From the sequence record MT833283.1: a DNA stretch of 64,000 nt. The stretch is one strand, 5' to 3'. Source of the DNA: Escherichia coli phage vB_EcoS_Ace. The position numbers and the translations under genes are program-made. Shown in pieces: positions 35,029 to 45,587 of the stretch (positions are counted from its first letter, which is position 1; the number at the start of each line of letters is the position of its first letter). The notes under the pieces are model-generated. The model had not been told where the DNA came from. It did no database searches and worked only from the letters and a program-made list of their open reading frames with translations.

Positions 35029-35325
35029 ATGAATAAAGCTGAAATTATTGCTCAATGCGAAAAATTTGGTGAGTTTTATCTTCATTACGAAAAACTTCGT
35101 CAGAAAGGAACCACGTACCTTCAGGGTACGATGGGATTTGATCCAGCTCAGGATAAATACCTGGCTGAGCGTATTAAACGTGAGCGCATCCGTAAGCCGA
35201 AAGAAGATGAAATCCTCGTTTTCTCTCGTACTAACGATAGCTTCCGTTTCATTCCTGTTGCGAAAGTTCGCCGTGTGACGAGCCTCCAGTCAGAGTTAGA
35301 TCGTGCTTCTCCAGTAGGCCGATAA
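35029..35325 (+). CDS. hypothetical protein
   Basis: 98 aa ORF with RBS AAGGAATACAGTT upstream. Confidence 0.5.
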   Translation: MNKAEIIAQCEKFGEFYLHYEKLRQKGTTYLQGTMGFDPAQDKYLAERIKRERIRKPKEDEILVFSRTNDSFRFIPVAKVRRVTSLQSELDRASPVGR

Positions 35326-35375
35326 GAAACCAATTAGCCCCTATATGGGGCTTTTTGTGTATTTGGGATATGTAA

Positions 35376-35684
35376 ATGAGCGATCAGGTAAATCAAAACT
35401 ATGAAGGACACGTTGACGACCAGTCCATCATGCTTTGGGAGAAGGAGGGAGAACAAGTAAGACTAACCGTATCTGAATTTCGTGGGAATCTATACATGGG
35501 AATTCGTTACTGGCTCCAAGATATTACTGGAGAGTGGTTTCCAACGAAATCCGGCTTCTCTTTTCCTTATACCCTAGAAACTACGTCACAGCTATTCTAC
35601 GCTTTTACGCAAATCCTCAGTGAATCCGAGGTCTTGCATGAAGTACAGAAACGAGCTGAAGAACTCAAAGCCAAGAATGCCTAG
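35376..35684 (+). CDS. hypothetical protein
   Basis: 102 aa ORF. Confidence 0.5.
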   Translation: MSDQVNQNYEGHVDDQSIMLWEKEGEQVRLTVSEFRGNLYMGIRYWLQDITGEWFPTKSGFSFPYTLETTSQLFYAFTQILSESEVLHEVQKRAEELKAKNA

Positions 35685-35751
35685 TTCTTGGCTTTTTCTT
35701 TATAAATGTACTTGCTTTCGACTCAGTTTTCATATATAATATTTATATAAA

Positions 35752-35970
35752 TTGATGAGAGGATCAATTATGGCAATGACAATAACACTTCCAAAGATTC
35801 AAGCAAAACTTAATTTGCTTTCCATAGCAAAGATCAATTATCAGGACAATATTGGCACTCCAAACCAGAAAGCGTACAAAGATGCGTGGTTAAAAGAAGC
35901 TGCTGATTTAGCTGGTATGGCTGCTCAGTATAATAAAGAACTCAAAATGGAAATCGCAGACGATGAATAA
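35752..35970 (+). CDS. hypothetical protein
   Basis: 72 aa ORF after a T5-type promoter/leader (35710-35765). Confidence 0.45.
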   Translation: MMRGSIMAMTITLPKIQAKLNLLSIAKINYQDNIGTPNQKAYKDAWLKEAADLAGMAAQYNKELKMEIADDE

Positions 35971-36934
35971 TGTAAAAGACTTTATCAAACGTTGTCAAGA
36001 AGCGTACTACCAGGGAATGAGTCTTATTTCCGATGAAGAATATGATCGTCTGATTAAAAGATTCCCACTAGAGGAAGAAATCGGACCGAAAGGTGATATT
36101 CCTCACTTGTATCGTATGTATTCTTTGCAGAAAGTCTATTACGGTCGTGGTGATAAAGCTCCATTCAATCCATTAGGTCAGGTTGAAACTGATAAGTTAG
36201 ATGGCTGTGCAATTTCTCTGTTATATATTAATGGTGAATTTGTTCAAGCGTTAACTCGTGGTAACGGTATTCTAGGGAATGATGTAACGCATAATGTTAA
36301 AATGCTAAACATCCCCAAAACTATTTCCCAAAAAGTACCAACTCAAATCACTGGTGAAGTTCTCATTACTAAAGAAGTAGAGAACAAACGTAACTACGCT
36401 TCGGGTGCTATTAACCTGAAAGACAGCGATGATTTCATGCAACGTATTGGTGAAGGTGGTTTAATCTTCGTTGCATATGGTATCCAGTGTTCAGCGGAAA
36501 CAGTCGGTATTACAGAAGCCTATTTAAAAGATATGCTTTGGCTAGAGAATGAGAACTTCTTGACAGTTGTTAATGTTCGTTCCTTCTTTAAGTGGATTCC
36601 GACGGATGGTAAAGTTGTTCGTATTAATGATAACAACAAATTCTTCCGTGAAGGTTGGACTAATAAATTTCCTCGCGGTGCATTTGCTATTAAAGAGGAT
36701 GAAGAAGGCGAAATTACCACACTTGTTAAAGTTGAATGGCAAGTAGGGGCTTCTGGTAAAGTAACTCCAGTTGGTTATTTCGAGCCGGTGATTATTGATG
36801 ATGCCACAATCGTTAAAGCAACTCTTAATAACGTTGATTATATTAACGCTCTCGATTTAGAGATCGGTTGCCAGATTCGAGTGATTCGTGCTGGTGGTGT
36901 AATCCCTTGTATAGTAGAGCGAGTATACGACTAA
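35963..36934 (+). CDS. ligA: NAD-dependent DNA ligase, adenylation/OB part (subunit A of a split ligase)
   Basis: 323 aa; KxDG adenylation motif (TDKLDGCAISLLY), TRGNG motif. Confidence 0.8.
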   Translation: MNNVKDFIKRCQEAYYQGMSLISDEEYDRLIKRFPLEEEIGPKGDIPHLYRMYSLQKVYYGRGDKAPFNPLGQVETDKLDGCAISLLYINGEFVQALTRGNGILGNDVTHNVKMLNIPKTISQKVPTQITGEVLITKEVENKRNYASGAINLKDSDDFMQRIGEGGLIFVAYGIQCSAETVGITEAYLKDMLWLENENFLTVVNVRSFFKWIPTDGKVVRINDNNKFFREGWTNKFPRGAFAIKEDEEGEITTLVKVEWQVGASGKVTPVGYFEPVIIDDATIVKATLNNVDYINALDLEIGCQIRVIRAGGVIPCIVERVYD

Positions 36935-37136
36935 TTCGTAACCCTTTGCTACCCGTTTACCATGTCGGAATTATAAAGTGGTTATTGACATTTTCGCCGC
37001 TTAGGTATATACTATTATCATTCAGTTGAGGGATAGAAAGTTATGGCGAGGGTAAGCAAAGTTAGTTAAAATTGTAGTTGCTAAATGCTTAAATACTTGC
37101 TATAATATTTATATAAATTGATAAGGAAGAAATTTG

Positions 37137-37916
37137 ATGAAAATCGAAATTCCAACACAATGTCCCTCTTGTGGTTCTAAGCTAGATCTTGTCAACGGGC
37201 AATTATTCTGTAGGAATAAGTCCAACTGTCCAGCGCAATCAAGTAAGTTAATCGAGAACTTCTGCACAAAAATGAAGTTAAAGGGCTTTGGCCCGAAAAC
37301 TATTGAGAAGCTGGAGCTGACTAAGATCTCAGAACTGTTTTACCTGACCGAAGAAGATTTGGTAGGAGCTGTGGGTAGCAAGGTTGCCGCTAAGTTGATT
37401 AGCGAGTTAAATACTAAGGTTCGCGGAGACATTGACTTTGGTTCAGTTCTCGGTTCTTTAGGAATTCCTCTTATTGGAGAGGTTGCAGCAAAGAAACTGT
37501 CCCAAAATTGCACTAGCTTCCACGATGTGAAGGCTGACGGCAAGGCTGGAGAAAATTACAAAACCTGGCTAAATTCCCCACAAGGCAAGGATGTTATTGA
37601 ACTACCGTGGAAATTCTCAACTGGTATTCGAGGTGCTAAAGCTGATATCATCATTACAGATGATTTAGTTGCCCAGCCAAATGGAATCACGGTCTGTATT
37701 ACCGGATCTTTGCAAGACTTTGCAAATCGAACGGATGCAACAAACTATTTAGAAAGTCTAGGATATACGGTCAAGAAGTCCGTTACCAAAGACGTCAAAT
37801 ACCTAATCTGTGAGGATGAATCAAAACGTTCTTCCTCATCTTATAAGAAAGCCGAAACGAATGGGATAGAAATCCTGTCGATTAAAGAACTATTGGAGAA
37901 AAATAATAATGTCTAA
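37137..37916 (+). CDS. ligB: NAD-dependent DNA ligase, Zn-finger/HhH/BRCT part (subunit B)
   Basis: CPSCGSKLD...CRNKSNCPAQ zinc finger, HhH-like GFGPKTIEKL, C-terminal BRCT-like region; ATG 37137 with RBS AAGGAAG. Confidence 0.75.
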   Translation: MKIEIPTQCPSCGSKLDLVNGQLFCRNKSNCPAQSSKLIENFCTKMKLKGFGPKTIEKLELTKISELFYLTEEDLVGAVGSKVAAKLISELNTKVRGDIDFGSVLGSLGIPLIGEVAAKKLSQNCTSFHDVKADGKAGENYKTWLNSPQGKDVIELPWKFSTGIRGAKADIIITDDLVAQPNGITVCITGSLQDFANRTDATNYLESLGYTVKKSVTKDVKYLICEDESKRSSSSYKKAETNGIEILSIKELLEKNNNV

Positions 37917-38676
37917 ACTGAACTGGAACGTAGAAGGTGTAACCGAGTCTCTGAAAGCAAAAGCCACTGCTCTGGGTGTTGCTGTAATCTCTCAAGAACA
38001 AGTAGCTGCTATCGCTGCTGAACTGGCTACCGAGACTGGCAAAGACGTTACCGCTCGCTCTGTTGGCTCTAAGCTGCGTAAAGAAGGTTTCGAAGTACAG
38101 AAAGCTAACGAAGTACAGAAATCCCCGTGGACTCCTGAGCAGGAAGCTGAACTAGTTGATTTCCTGAACGCTCATGCTGGTCAGTATACTTACGCTGAAA
38201 TCGCTGCTGCTGTAGCTGGTGGTCAGTTCGGTGCTAAGCAGGTACAGGGTAAGATCCTGAGTCTGGAAATGACCGCTTCTGTTAAGCCAACTGAAAAAGC
38301 TGCTGCTGTTCGTTCCTTCACTCCTGACGAAGAAACTGATTTCGTTAATCAGGTTGTTGCTGGTGCTACTATTGAAGCTATCGCTGCTCACTTCGGTCGC
38401 AATATTAAGCAGATTCGTGGTAAAGCTCTGAGCCTGCTTCGTGAAGGTCGTATCGCTGCTATGCCGGTACAGGAAACTTCAAGTGCTAAAACTCGTGAAG
38501 ATCTGTTAGAAGGTCTGGATCTGGCTAACATGACTGTTGCTGAGATCGCTGAGAAAACTGGTAAGTCTGAGCGCGGTGTTAAATCTATGCTGTCTCGTCG
38601 TGGTCTGGTTGCTAAGGACTATGATGGTGCCGCTAAGCGTGCTAAACTGGATGCAAAAGCTGCGGCTGCTGAATAA
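37909..38676 (+). CDS. Ala-rich protein with repeated HTH-like motifs (abundant early protein candidate)
   Basis: 255 aa; three or four repeats of the pattern AEIAxxxGxxxxxVxxKxLSL; codon usage enriched in ctg/ggt/cgt/gct unlike neighbours. Confidence 0.55.
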   Translation: MSKLNWNVEGVTESLKAKATALGVAVISQEQVAAIAAELATETGKDVTARSVGSKLRKEGFEVQKANEVQKSPWTPEQEAELVDFLNAHAGQYTYAEIAAAVAGGQFGAKQVQGKILSLEMTASVKPTEKAAAVRSFTPDEETDFVNQVVAGATIEAIAAHFGRNIKQIRGKALSLLREGRIAAMPVQETSSAKTREDLLEGLDLANMTVAEIAEKTGKSERGVKSMLSRRGLVAKDYDGAAKRAKLDAKAAAAE

Positions 38677-38692
38677 TCTGGTAAATTAAACC

Positions 38693-38728
38693 TAAGGGGA
38701 GGGGGCTATGCTCCTTCCCCTTTTTGCA
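38693..38728 (+). terminator. rho-independent terminator
   Basis: Hairpin AAGGGGAGG...CCTTCCCCTT followed by TTTTTG. Confidence 0.6.
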
Positions 38729-38758
38729 TTTAGAAGGCACGAAAGCGTGCAAAGGAGA

Positions 38759-40231
38759 ATGACCTTGTTTAACGTGCAAGCTGTAGTGTTGAAGATGCTT
38801 CTCGCTTCTGAACAGAAGCAAGTAGCATTGGAAACATTCTCAAAACTGCATAAAGATCATTTTAATGACGCTTTCTCCTCAATTTACCAAGCCGTCCAGA
38901 ATTATTATAAGAAATATAACGCAATGCCGTCCATTGACGCACTGATGCTTGAGGCCAATAGGAACGCCCGCCTTTCTCAAGCTCTTGTCGTCTTAGCTAA
39001 CACTCAAATTCCAGAAGTGAGCATGGAACAGGCACTTGAAGTCCTAGAAGCTGAATATACGCAGGATCTATTCCTGAAACTTCTAGAAACAGACGTGCTT
39101 CAAGATTTAACAATGCTGGATCAGGGAGAAATTCTCAACCGAGTTGCCTCCCTTCACTTAAAATTAGAAGAGAAAGTAACGAATACTGGAAAGGTATTCA
39201 ACGCAGACACAATGCGTATTTTCCAGAGAGAAGAAGATACCAAACTGAACTTGATCGCTCTTGGTATTTGTAATGAGTTCGACGCTCAAATTGGTTTAGC
39301 TCGCACAGAAACGTTACTGCTTGGTGGTTGGCGTGGTACTGGTAAATCCATTATCTGTTCAAACATACAGGTTCAGCAATATTTGAATGGAGACATTGCT
39401 CCATATTTCTCAATTGAGATGAAAGAGCACGAAGTGTTTAGACGTAATCTGGCTATGTTAGCTGGAGTATCTGCATTAGCAATGCGTAATAACACTCTTG
39501 AAGGTGCTGCTCTGTTGAGATTAGCCAGAACTAGGGCTAGGATGTTTAATGGTGGTGAAGAGCTTTTCGATAACTTCGTTAAGCAATACACTATGGCTAA
39601 AATGAGTGACTTCTATGATATGGAAAGTAAACTCCTTGAAGGCTATGAGCTTCACACTCCTATGATCATCGTTTACGATCCTGAACTGTCTATTACGACG
39701 GTTGATGTAGAATTAAATAAACTAGTTGCTAAGTATGGTGATAAGGTTACTGTAGCTCTTCTAGACTATATTAACCAAACAAGACTTCCAGATTCAAAGA
39801 CCATTGATATGTATGACTGGAAAGAACAGATGGTTGTTAGTTCATCTTTCAAATCTATCTGCCAGAAACATAACGTGGCTGGTGTTGCCCCTTACCAGAT
39901 TGACCAAGATGGTAGAACGCGTATGTCTAAAGGGATTCTTGATTCCGCAGATATGGCTGCTAATCTTAATGCTGCAAAAGCTGATAACGGTCAAGGTGCT
40001 ATTATGTTTGACTTCGTTAAGACTCGTTCCTCTGATAGTGTGAAGTTTATGCCTAAGATGAACTGGGAAACTCTGCGAATGGATAACACTACCAACCTAG
40101 CAATGGAAGATATTGCGCAAATGGAAGCTGAGTTCGTTATTCCTATTGAAAAGGATAAACCAGCTCAACCTAAACGTGCTAAGAAAGACAAAGCTGAAAA
40201 TTCAACAGGTGAACAGGCCAGCGATATATGA
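38759..40231 (+). CDS. DnaB-like replicative helicase
   Basis: Walker A GGWRGTGKSI; start moved to ATG 38759 (RBS AAAGGAGA) because the track's ATG at 38708 lies inside the terminator hairpin. Confidence 0.7.
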   Translation: MTLFNVQAVVLKMLLASEQKQVALETFSKLHKDHFNDAFSSIYQAVQNYYKKYNAMPSIDALMLEANRNARLSQALVVLANTQIPEVSMEQALEVLEAEYTQDLFLKLLETDVLQDLTMLDQGEILNRVASLHLKLEEKVTNTGKVFNADTMRIFQREEDTKLNLIALGICNEFDAQIGLARTETLLLGGWRGTGKSIICSNIQVQQYLNGDIAPYFSIEMKEHEVFRRNLAMLAGVSALAMRNNTLEGAALLRLARTRARMFNGGEELFDNFVKQYTMAKMSDFYDMESKLLEGYELHTPMIIVYDPELSITTVDVELNKLVAKYGDKVTVALLDYINQTRLPDSKTIDMYDWKEQMVVSSSFKSICQKHNVAGVAPYQIDQDGRTRMSKGILDSADMAANLNAAKADNGQGAIMFDFVKTRSSDSVKFMPKMNWETLRMDNTTNLAMEDIAQMEAEFVIPIEKDKPAQPKRAKKDKAENSTGEQASDI

Positions 40232-41118
40232 GTAGAATAACAGAACTACTTGATCTGAAAGGCATTGAATACAAAGACACAGGTGGGGATATCCTCATCT
40301 GTTGTCTCAATCCAGATCATGATGATAAACACCCAAGTTTGCGTATTGATCCTGAATCAGGAATTATGCATTGCTTGAGTTGTGGCTTCGGTAGAGGAAT
40401 ACCGAGCATTTACCATTATTTTAATGAGACTCAGTACAGACAGTCACCAAGATTGTCACAAGTACGTAAAAAGATTTCAGAGATTAGGAATGGATCTACG
40501 AATCTTGCAATTCCTGAATCTGCTTACCTTTTCGAAGGTGATTTCCGAGGTATCAGTTCTAAGACCTTGAAGAAATATTTTGCTTTCCAACATCAAGCAG
40601 ACTGGGAAGGCAGAATTGTATTCCCAATAACAGATGCTGTTGGACGCAATATCCTATTCCTGGGACGTTCTATAAACAGTTCTGCCCCTCCTAAATACTT
40701 AGTAAAACCAAAACAAGTTTCACCACCGATTTTCCCCGTACGATATAATACACCAGTTCTTGTTCTAGTTGAAGGTATCTTTGATATGTTAAATCTAGAA
40801 GATAACGGTGTGGATTATGCTTCTTGCTGCTTTGGTACACATCAGTTTACATCTGATAACATTGCTGATAAGTTCAGTCCTTACATTATTGCTGGAGTAA
40901 GAGTAGTTGTTATCTTGCTAGATAATGATGCCTCTGGTAATAAAGCTGCTCAAGCACTAGCGAAGCTAATTCGTACAAAAACACGTTTAACACCTGTAGT
41001 TGGTAACTTCCTTCTTCCAGAAGGTAAAGACCCAGGTGATTTAAATAAAGAAGAGATCGATATGTTGGCTCAACGTATTGAAATTTTAGTTGCCGAATCG
41101 CTCAAAGATTTGGTATAA
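40228..41118 (+). CDS. DNA primase (DnaG-like: zinc-binding plus TOPRIM)
   Basis: CLNPDHDDKHPSLRID...CLSCG zinc-binding motif, TOPRIM-like VLVEGIFD; ATGA overlap with the helicase stop. Confidence 0.75.
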   Translation: MSRITELLDLKGIEYKDTGGDILICCLNPDHDDKHPSLRIDPESGIMHCLSCGFGRGIPSIYHYFNETQYRQSPRLSQVRKKISEIRNGSTNLAIPESAYLFEGDFRGISSKTLKKYFAFQHQADWEGRIVFPITDAVGRNILFLGRSINSSAPPKYLVKPKQVSPPIFPVRYNTPVLVLVEGIFDMLNLEDNGVDYASCCFGTHQFTSDNIADKFSPYIIAGVRVVVILLDNDASGNKAAQALAKLIRTKTRLTPVVGNFLLPEGKDPGDLNKEEIDMLAQRIEILVAESLKDLV

Positions 41119-41180
41119 TATATTGGTAAGTTAGAGAAGAAACACTGAAGTTATACTTACTTACCAAAAGGAGACTAAAT

Positions 41181-43748
41181 TTGAAAATTGCAGTAGTTGA
41201 TAAAGCTCTAAATAACACTCGTTATGATAAACACTTCCAGCTTTATGGTGAGGAAGTTGATGTATTCCATATGTGTAACGAGAAGTTATCTGGTCGTTTG
41301 CTGAAAAAGCATATTACAATCGGAACTCCAGATAACCCGTTCGATCCGAACGATTACGATTTTGTTGTGCTAGTCGGTGCTGAACCTTTCCTGTATTTCG
41401 CAGGTAAGAAAGGTATCGGTGATTATACTGGTAAACGTGTAGAGCATGGTGGCTATGCCAACTGGATTGCAAGTATTAGTCCAGCTCAGCTACACTTTAA
41501 ACCTGAAATGAAACCAGTTTTCGATGCTACTGTTGAAAGTATTCACGACATTATTAATGGTCGTGAGAAGATTGCAAAAGCTGGTGATTATCGTCCTATT
41601 ACTGATCCAGACGAAGCTGAAGAATACATCAAGATGGTGTATAACATGGTTATCGGACCTATCGCATTCGACTCCGAAACCTCAGCTCTGTATGCTCGTG
41701 ATGGTTATCTTCTTGGTGTTTCTATGTCTCACCAAGAGTATCAGGGTGTCTATATTGACTCTGACAGCATCACCGAAGTAGCTGTACATTATCTCCAGAA
41801 AATTCTGGATAGCAAGAATCATCAGATCGTTTTTCATAACTTGAAGTTCGATATGCACTTTTATTCCTATCATCTAGGACTTTCCTTTGAGAAAGCGCAT
41901 AAAGAGCGTAGACTTCACGATACCATGTTACAACACTATGTTCTCGATGAACGTCGTGGTACTCACGGCTTGAAATCTCTGGCTATGAAGTACACTGACA
42001 TGGGTGACTATGACTTTGAACTGGATAAGTTCAAGGATGATTATTGCAAGGCACATAAGATCAAAAAAGAGGATTTCAGCTATGATCTGATTCCTTTTGA
42101 TATTATGTGGCCATATGCTGCAAAAGATACCGATGCTACTCTGCGTCTGCATAACTTCTTCTTACCAAAAATTGAGAAGAACGAAAAGCTTTGCAGTCTA
42201 TACTACGAAGTTCTGATGCCTGGTTGTGTATTCCTGCAACGTGTTGAAGATCGTGGTGTACCGATTTCCGTTGATCGCTTGAAAGAAGCTCAGTATCAGT
42301 TGACACATCGATTAAATATGGCTCGTGAGAAGCTGTATACTTATCCAGAAGTCGTTCAGCTGGAGAAGGATCAGAACGAAGCGTTTAACCCGAACTCTGT
42401 TAAGCAACTCCGTGTTCTTCTGTTTGATTATGTTGGTTTGACTCCAACTGGTAAACTGACGGATACAGGTGCAGATTCTACAAATGCAGAAGCTCTGAAT
42501 GAACTGGCTACTCAGCACCCGATTGCTAAAACTCTGCTAGAGATTCGTAAGCTGACTAAGCTGATTTCTACTTATGTTGAGAAGATTCTTCTGAGCATCG
42601 ATGCAGATGGTTGCATTCGTACAGGTTTCCACGAACACATGACTACTTCTGGTCGTCTGAGTTCTTCTGGTAAGCTGAACCTGCAACAGTTACCACGTGA
42701 TGAATCTATTATCAAGGGTTGTGTAGTAGCTCCTCCTGGATATCGTGTAATCGCATGGGACTTAACAACTGCGGAAGTTTACTATGCTGCTGTTCTATCT
42801 GGTGACAGAAATATGCAACAAGTATTTATCAACATGAAGAATGAGCCTGATAAATACCCTGACTTCCACTCAAACATCGCACACATGGTATTTAAACTGA
42901 CTTGTGAACCACGTGATGTTAAGAAGCTGTTCCCAGCTCTGCGTCAGGCTGCTAAGGCAATTACCTTCGGTATTCTGTATGGTTCTGGCCCAGCGAAAGT
43001 AGCTCATTCTGTTAACGAAGCTCTTCTGGAACAGGCTGCTAAGACAGGCGAACCGTTTGTTGAATGTACCGTTGCAGATGCGAAGGACTATATCGAAACT
43101 TACTTCGGTCAGTTCCCTCAGCTTAAGCGTTGGATTGATAAGTGCCACGATCAGATCAAGAACTTTGGATTCATCTATAGTCACTTTGGTCGTAAGCGTC
43201 GTCTGCACAATATCCACTCCGAAGATCGTGGTGTTCAGGGTGAAGAAATCCGTTCTGGATTTAACGCAATCATTCAGTCTGCATCTTCTGATAGCCTGTT
43301 GTTAGGTGCTATTGATGCTGATGAAGAAATCCTGTCCCTGGGTCTAGGAAAAGAGATGAAGATTGTCATGTTGGTTCACGACTCCGTGGTTGCTATTGTA
43401 CGTGAAGATCTGATTGATCAGTATAACGAGATTCTGATTCGTAACATCCAGAAGGATCGTGGTATTAGTATCCCTGGCTGCCCAATCGGTATTGATTCTG
43501 ATTCTGAGAAAGGTGGTTCTCGTGACTACTCTTGTGGTAAGATGAAGAAACAGCACCCATCAATCGCTTGTATTGATGATGATGAATATACTCGTTATGT
43601 TAAGGGTGTATTACTCGATGCAGATTTCGAGTATAAGAAGTTAGCTGCAATGGATAAAGAGCATCCAGACCACAGCAAGTACAAGGATGATAAGTTTATT
43701 GCTGTATGTAAAGATCTGGATAATGTGAAAAGGATTTTAGGTGCTTGA
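41181..43748 (+). CDS. DNA polymerase (family A, with 3'-5' exonuclease domain)
   Basis: 855 aa; exonuclease motif IAFDSETSAL; palm-like KAITFGILYG and HDSVV motifs; TTG start with RBS AAGGAG. Confidence 0.85.
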   Translation: MKIAVVDKALNNTRYDKHFQLYGEEVDVFHMCNEKLSGRLLKKHITIGTPDNPFDPNDYDFVVLVGAEPFLYFAGKKGIGDYTGKRVEHGGYANWIASISPAQLHFKPEMKPVFDATVESIHDIINGREKIAKAGDYRPITDPDEAEEYIKMVYNMVIGPIAFDSETSALYARDGYLLGVSMSHQEYQGVYIDSDSITEVAVHYLQKILDSKNHQIVFHNLKFDMHFYSYHLGLSFEKAHKERRLHDTMLQHYVLDERRGTHGLKSLAMKYTDMGDYDFELDKFKDDYCKAHKIKKEDFSYDLIPFDIMWPYAAKDTDATLRLHNFFLPKIEKNEKLCSLYYEVLMPGCVFLQRVEDRGVPISVDRLKEAQYQLTHRLNMAREKLYTYPEVVQLEKDQNEAFNPNSVKQLRVLLFDYVGLTPTGKLTDTGADSTNAEALNELATQHPIAKTLLEIRKLTKLISTYVEKILLSIDADGCIRTGFHEHMTTSGRLSSSGKLNLQQLPRDESIIKGCVVAPPGYRVIAWDLTTAEVYYAAVLSGDRNMQQVFINMKNEPDKYPDFHSNIAHMVFKLTCEPRDVKKLFPALRQAAKAITFGILYGSGPAKVAHSVNEALLEQAAKTGEPFVECTVADAKDYIETYFGQFPQLKRWIDKCHDQIKNFGFIYSHFGRKRRLHNIHSEDRGVQGEEIRSGFNAIIQSASSDSLLLGAIDADEEILSLGLGKEMKIVMLVHDSVVAIVREDLIDQYNEILIRNIQKDRGISIPGCPIGIDSDSEKGGSRDYSCGKMKKQHPSIACIDDDEYTRYVKGVLLDADFEYKKLAAMDKEHPDHSKYKDDKFIAVCKDLDNVKRILGA

Positions 43749-44238
43749 TTTCAAATTGCCCGTATATGCTTTACGGGCATTTGTATCAATTGAGCAGGAA
43801 GGTGATTATTCCGTAATTACAACAAGATATAATAAATATGTGCTAGATAACAGGGAGTTGCCTGGCACATTCTCTCAACGTAGGTTAGCCTTATTTGAGA
43901 AGCGGAAAGAATTACCTTATAAGCTCTATCCTATTCGTGGTAGAATATCAATGTTGTCCCAATTAGTTGGGTCAAAGCGTAGCCAGTTCATAGATTCTGA
44001 TGGAAATCTCATTAACTGGAAGAAAACTACGTTCTACGATGTTATCACGTCTAAAGTTCTGCATTCTGCAAGAATTTATAATGGAAAGTATCAATGCTAT
44101 GTGGCTAAAGTCCCATATCCATTCGTGCTATCCTATGTTCCAGCTTATATAAGCTATATTCTGGTAAATAATAGCCCTGTTATTTATCAAGTCCATCAAG
44201 AGGAGCCTGAAATTCCTAGACTTAGAATAAAATTATGA
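43741..44238 (+). CDS. hypothetical protein
   Basis: 165 aa ORF between the polymerase and helicase genes. Confidence 0.5.
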   Translation: MLDFKLPVYALRAFVSIEQEGDYSVITTRYNKYVLDNRELPGTFSQRRLALFEKRKELPYKLYPIRGRISMLSQLVGSKRSQFIDSDGNLINWKKTTFYDVITSKVLHSARIYNGKYQCYVAKVPYPFVLSYVPAYISYILVNNSPVIYQVHQEEPEIPRLRIKL

Positions 44239-45587
44239 AGGTTGTTATATCTAATAAAGCCTATTTCAAGCCCGATGATGAACTCTGGGATTATTGTAGT
44301 AAACAAACCACTTACCACATCGAGACAATGACTAGTAAATACCCTATTATGTATAAGAATAGTGGTGTTGTTGCTAAAGAGATTAAGTGGATTCCCATTA
44401 CGCGTCTGGATTTGCTAGATGCTAAGGGAGTAAAATACGAATTAGTTGATAAACGCACGTTAGCTCCGGTAAAAATACCAGAACCTCAGTTCAAGCTGCG
44501 TGAAGAAGATCAACTCCCTATATATGAAGAGTGTGATGATACTTGTATTATCAATGGTAAGCCCGGATTTGGTAAAACTATCCTAGCTTTAGCTCTTGCA
44601 TATAAGTTTGGCCAGAAAACTCTGGTAATCTGCACCAACACATCCATACGGGAAATGTGGGCTGCAGAAGTTCGTAAATGGTTTGGATTCGAGCCTGGTA
44701 TTATAGGTTCTGGAAAGTATAATATTGATCCACCAATCGTGGTCAGTAATATACAAACCGTGAATAAACATGCGAATAATCTTTCTAAGGTGTTCGGTAC
44801 TGTTATAGTTGATGAAGTTCACCACTGTGTGGCTACAACTTTCACTAATTTCTTAGAGATCTCGTGTGCTCGCTACAAGATTGGTTTATCGGGTACGTTA
44901 AAACGTAAAGATGGCCTACAAGTTATGTTCAAAGATTTCTTTGGATATAAGATCTTTAGTCCGCCTGTCAATAACACTGTTCCACCCACAATCCATAGGT
45001 ACTCCGTGCCTGTTGAGTTATCAGGAAACCAGAACGTACCGTGGGCATTACGTGCTAACGATGTGTATAACCATCCTGAATATCGAGAGACTATTATAAA
45101 TCTAGCTCATTTATATGTGTCTATGGGGCATAAGGTTCTCTTTGTAAGTGATAGAACAGAACTAATTCAAACAATACTAGAAGCTCTCGCACAACGTGGT
45201 GTTACAACCTATGAGATTATAGGTGCAACTCCTTTGGATGATCGATTGAGAATCCAGAAAGATGTAGCGGAGGGCGGACCTTGTGTACTTGCAGCAGCTC
45301 AGAGTATCTTCTCAGAAGGTATTTCTCTTAACGAGCTATCTTGTTTAATAATGGGGAGTCTCATTAATAATGAATCTCTCATAGAACAGTTAGCAGGCCG
45401 CGTTCAACGTATTGTTGACGGAAAGCTAGATCCGATTGTTGTAGATTTAATTATGAAAGGAGGTACTGGTTTAAGACAGGCTTCTGGACGTATGGCCGTG
45501 TATCGCAATAATGCGTGGAAAACTATTACTATGACTCCGGAGAAAGCAGTACAATTAGCTAAAATTGCATTTGGCAACTGCTCATAA
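44235..45587 (+). CDS. SF2 helicase (DExH-type)
   Basis: 450 aa; Walker A GKPGFGKT, Walker B VDEVHH. Confidence 0.75.
   Translation: MKVVISNKAYFKPDDELWDYCSKQTTYHIETMTSKYPIMYKNSGVVAKEIKWIPITRLDLLDAKGVKYELVDKRTLAPVKIPEPQFKLREEDQLPIYEECDDTCIINGKPGFGKTILALALAYKFGQKTLVICTNTSIREMWAAEVRKWFGFEPGIIGSGKYNIDPPIVVSNIQTVNKHANNLSKVFGTVIVDEVHHCVATTFTNFLEISCARYKIGLSGTLKRKDGLQVMFKDFFGYKIFSPPVNNTVPPTIHRYSVPVELSGNQNVPWALRANDVYNHPEYRETIINLAHLYVSMGHKVLFVSDRTELIQTILEALAQRGVTTYEIIGATPLDDRLRIQKDVAEGGPCVLAAAQSIFSEGISLNELSCLIMGSLINNESLIEQLAGRVQRIVDGKLDPIVVDLIMKGGTGLRQASGRMAVYRNNAWKTITMTPEKAVQLAKIAFGNCS

Noticed and set aside
38708-38758. Upstream ATG start for the DnaB-like helicase
   Set aside because: That ATG lies inside the terminator hairpin loop (GGGGCTATGCTCC) and has no RBS; the ATG at 38759 with AAAGGAGA is preferred.
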